A stretch of 63,488 nucleotides of DNA, counting the filler, from Rhabdomonas costata (lineage: Eukaryota), in NCBI GenBank assembly GCA_019059605.1. It is 44 parts of 44 records of this genome, joined end to end, with 100 filler letters (N's around TTAATTAATTAA, not from the genome) between each part and the next. Parts side by side here need not be neighbours in the genome. Positions count along the whole stretch, not along the records: positions 62,144 to 63,488 come from JAHMHO010018711.1; 43 more parts are not named here. One strand, written 5' to 3'. The position numbers and the translations under genes are program-made. Positions within the stretch are counted from its first letter, which is position 1. Each line of letters begins with the position of its first letter. Below, piece after piece: positions 62,521-63,488 of the stretch. Under the pieces are notes generated by a model, which was not told the origin of the DNA, did not search any database, and was given only the letters and a program-made list of their open reading frames with translations.

Positions 62521-63488
62521 GCTGTGTGTGTGTGTGTGTGGTCGGAAGGGACGGAGCCACGTTGGTGCCAGGGGTCATGCTACGCACCAGGGTCTCCCTT
62601 CCGGATGTGCTTCCTCCTTCTTTTTTTTTCGCTTTCCTTGTTTAGTGCCTGCTCCTTGTACTCCTTTTTTCCTTTGTTGTACCTTGCTTGCTCTGCCCTG
62701 TTGTTGTCTGTCTTTAGTTCTTTCTGGATGCTTCTTTGGTCCTGCGCTTCCATTTTTTTGTGGAGCGCTGAGCTGGCTGCAGCCTGGTTGTAGCCTTTTC
62801 ACGGCCTATGCGGGCATCCGCGCGTGTCGTAGCGCTGCTGTATCCTGCCTGCTTTTGTTCTTGCCATTTGTAGCCCGCTCGGGCTGAGCGTCACCTTCCA
62901 GTGTTTGGTGTAGCCTTCGTGGTAGAAGTCACTGCTCTTCCAGCTTGATTATGGTTGGCGCGGGATGCTTGGTTGGTTGAGAAATTTTTTACCTTTGGGA
63001 AAGTGAAACTTTTCCTGATGATATTGATGCCACTTCTACATATTTTTTCAGTTGAAGAGCTATCCAGGGGCATTATATTTTTGGGGAACACGCTTATTTG
63101 GATAACTGGGGTATGTGCGAAAGTTGTGCCCGATCTGATCTGGGCCATTTCTTATCAATAATTCTTTGGGGGGAGATTGGGGGGGGAGGTAAAATTTGAA
63201 CAATTTTCCTCTTTTCCTCTTTTTAATTTATATTGTTTCCTGTTGGCAAGTGTCCGCACGAAATCGAATCGGGATCAACTGTCTGTGAGTAAAATCATTC
63301 CCTGTAATCATTGGAAAGTACAGATTTTGCAGAACGAAAATGTCAAAAAAAAAAAAAGAAAGAAAGAAAAGAAAACATTGGTACTCTATTTGTAAATCTA
63401 TGGGAATAATTGCTTTCCTGTTGTTATTCTGGCAGTTAGAGTTATTTTATCCAAATAAACGTGTCTATGCCGATGTTTAAAACCACCC

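Noticed and set aside
1-63488. Euglenid non-conventional (non GT-AG) introns or an alternative genetic code
   Set aside because: Every junction in recognisable genes can be explained by GT/GC-AG. In-frame stops occur only in decayed elements, and genes end in normal stops. Transcript data would be needed to exclude them fully.

Overview
This window is not contiguous DNA. It is 44 unrelated, size-sorted contigs of about 1.34-1.35 kb, joined by 43 artificial 100-bp spacers (44 N + TTAATTAATTAA + 44 N). Contig ends carry G/T-only (5') and C/A-only (3') tags and exact fold-back hairpins, typical of whole-genome amplification. The source is an intron-rich eukaryotic nuclear genome, most likely a euglenozoan such as a euglenid (inference). 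Recognisable gene fragments with GT/GC-AG introns: methionine synthase MetH, an HSP70 resembling trypanosomatid HSP70.4, SmG, ABCG and ABCA transporters, PP2C, PFK-2/FBPase-2, a CCT-alpha-like chaperonin, dynein light chain, GMC oxidoreductase, a divergent globin, a metallophosphoesterase, and DUF4139, PSI and Mind-bomb-SH3 proteins. There is also a dead Merlin (IS1016-like) transposase and several weak non-LTR retrotransposon remnants. The best finding is a complete U1 snRNA gene (about 31282-31447) in a 1190-bp repeat unit. Its 5' splice-site-recognition sequence is ACAUACCUG instead of ACUUACCUG, matching the +4-pyrimidine donors (GTGTGY/GTATGY) that dominate the introns in this window. Gene neighbourhoods across spacers are meaningless, and all family calls are by motif recognition without database searches.
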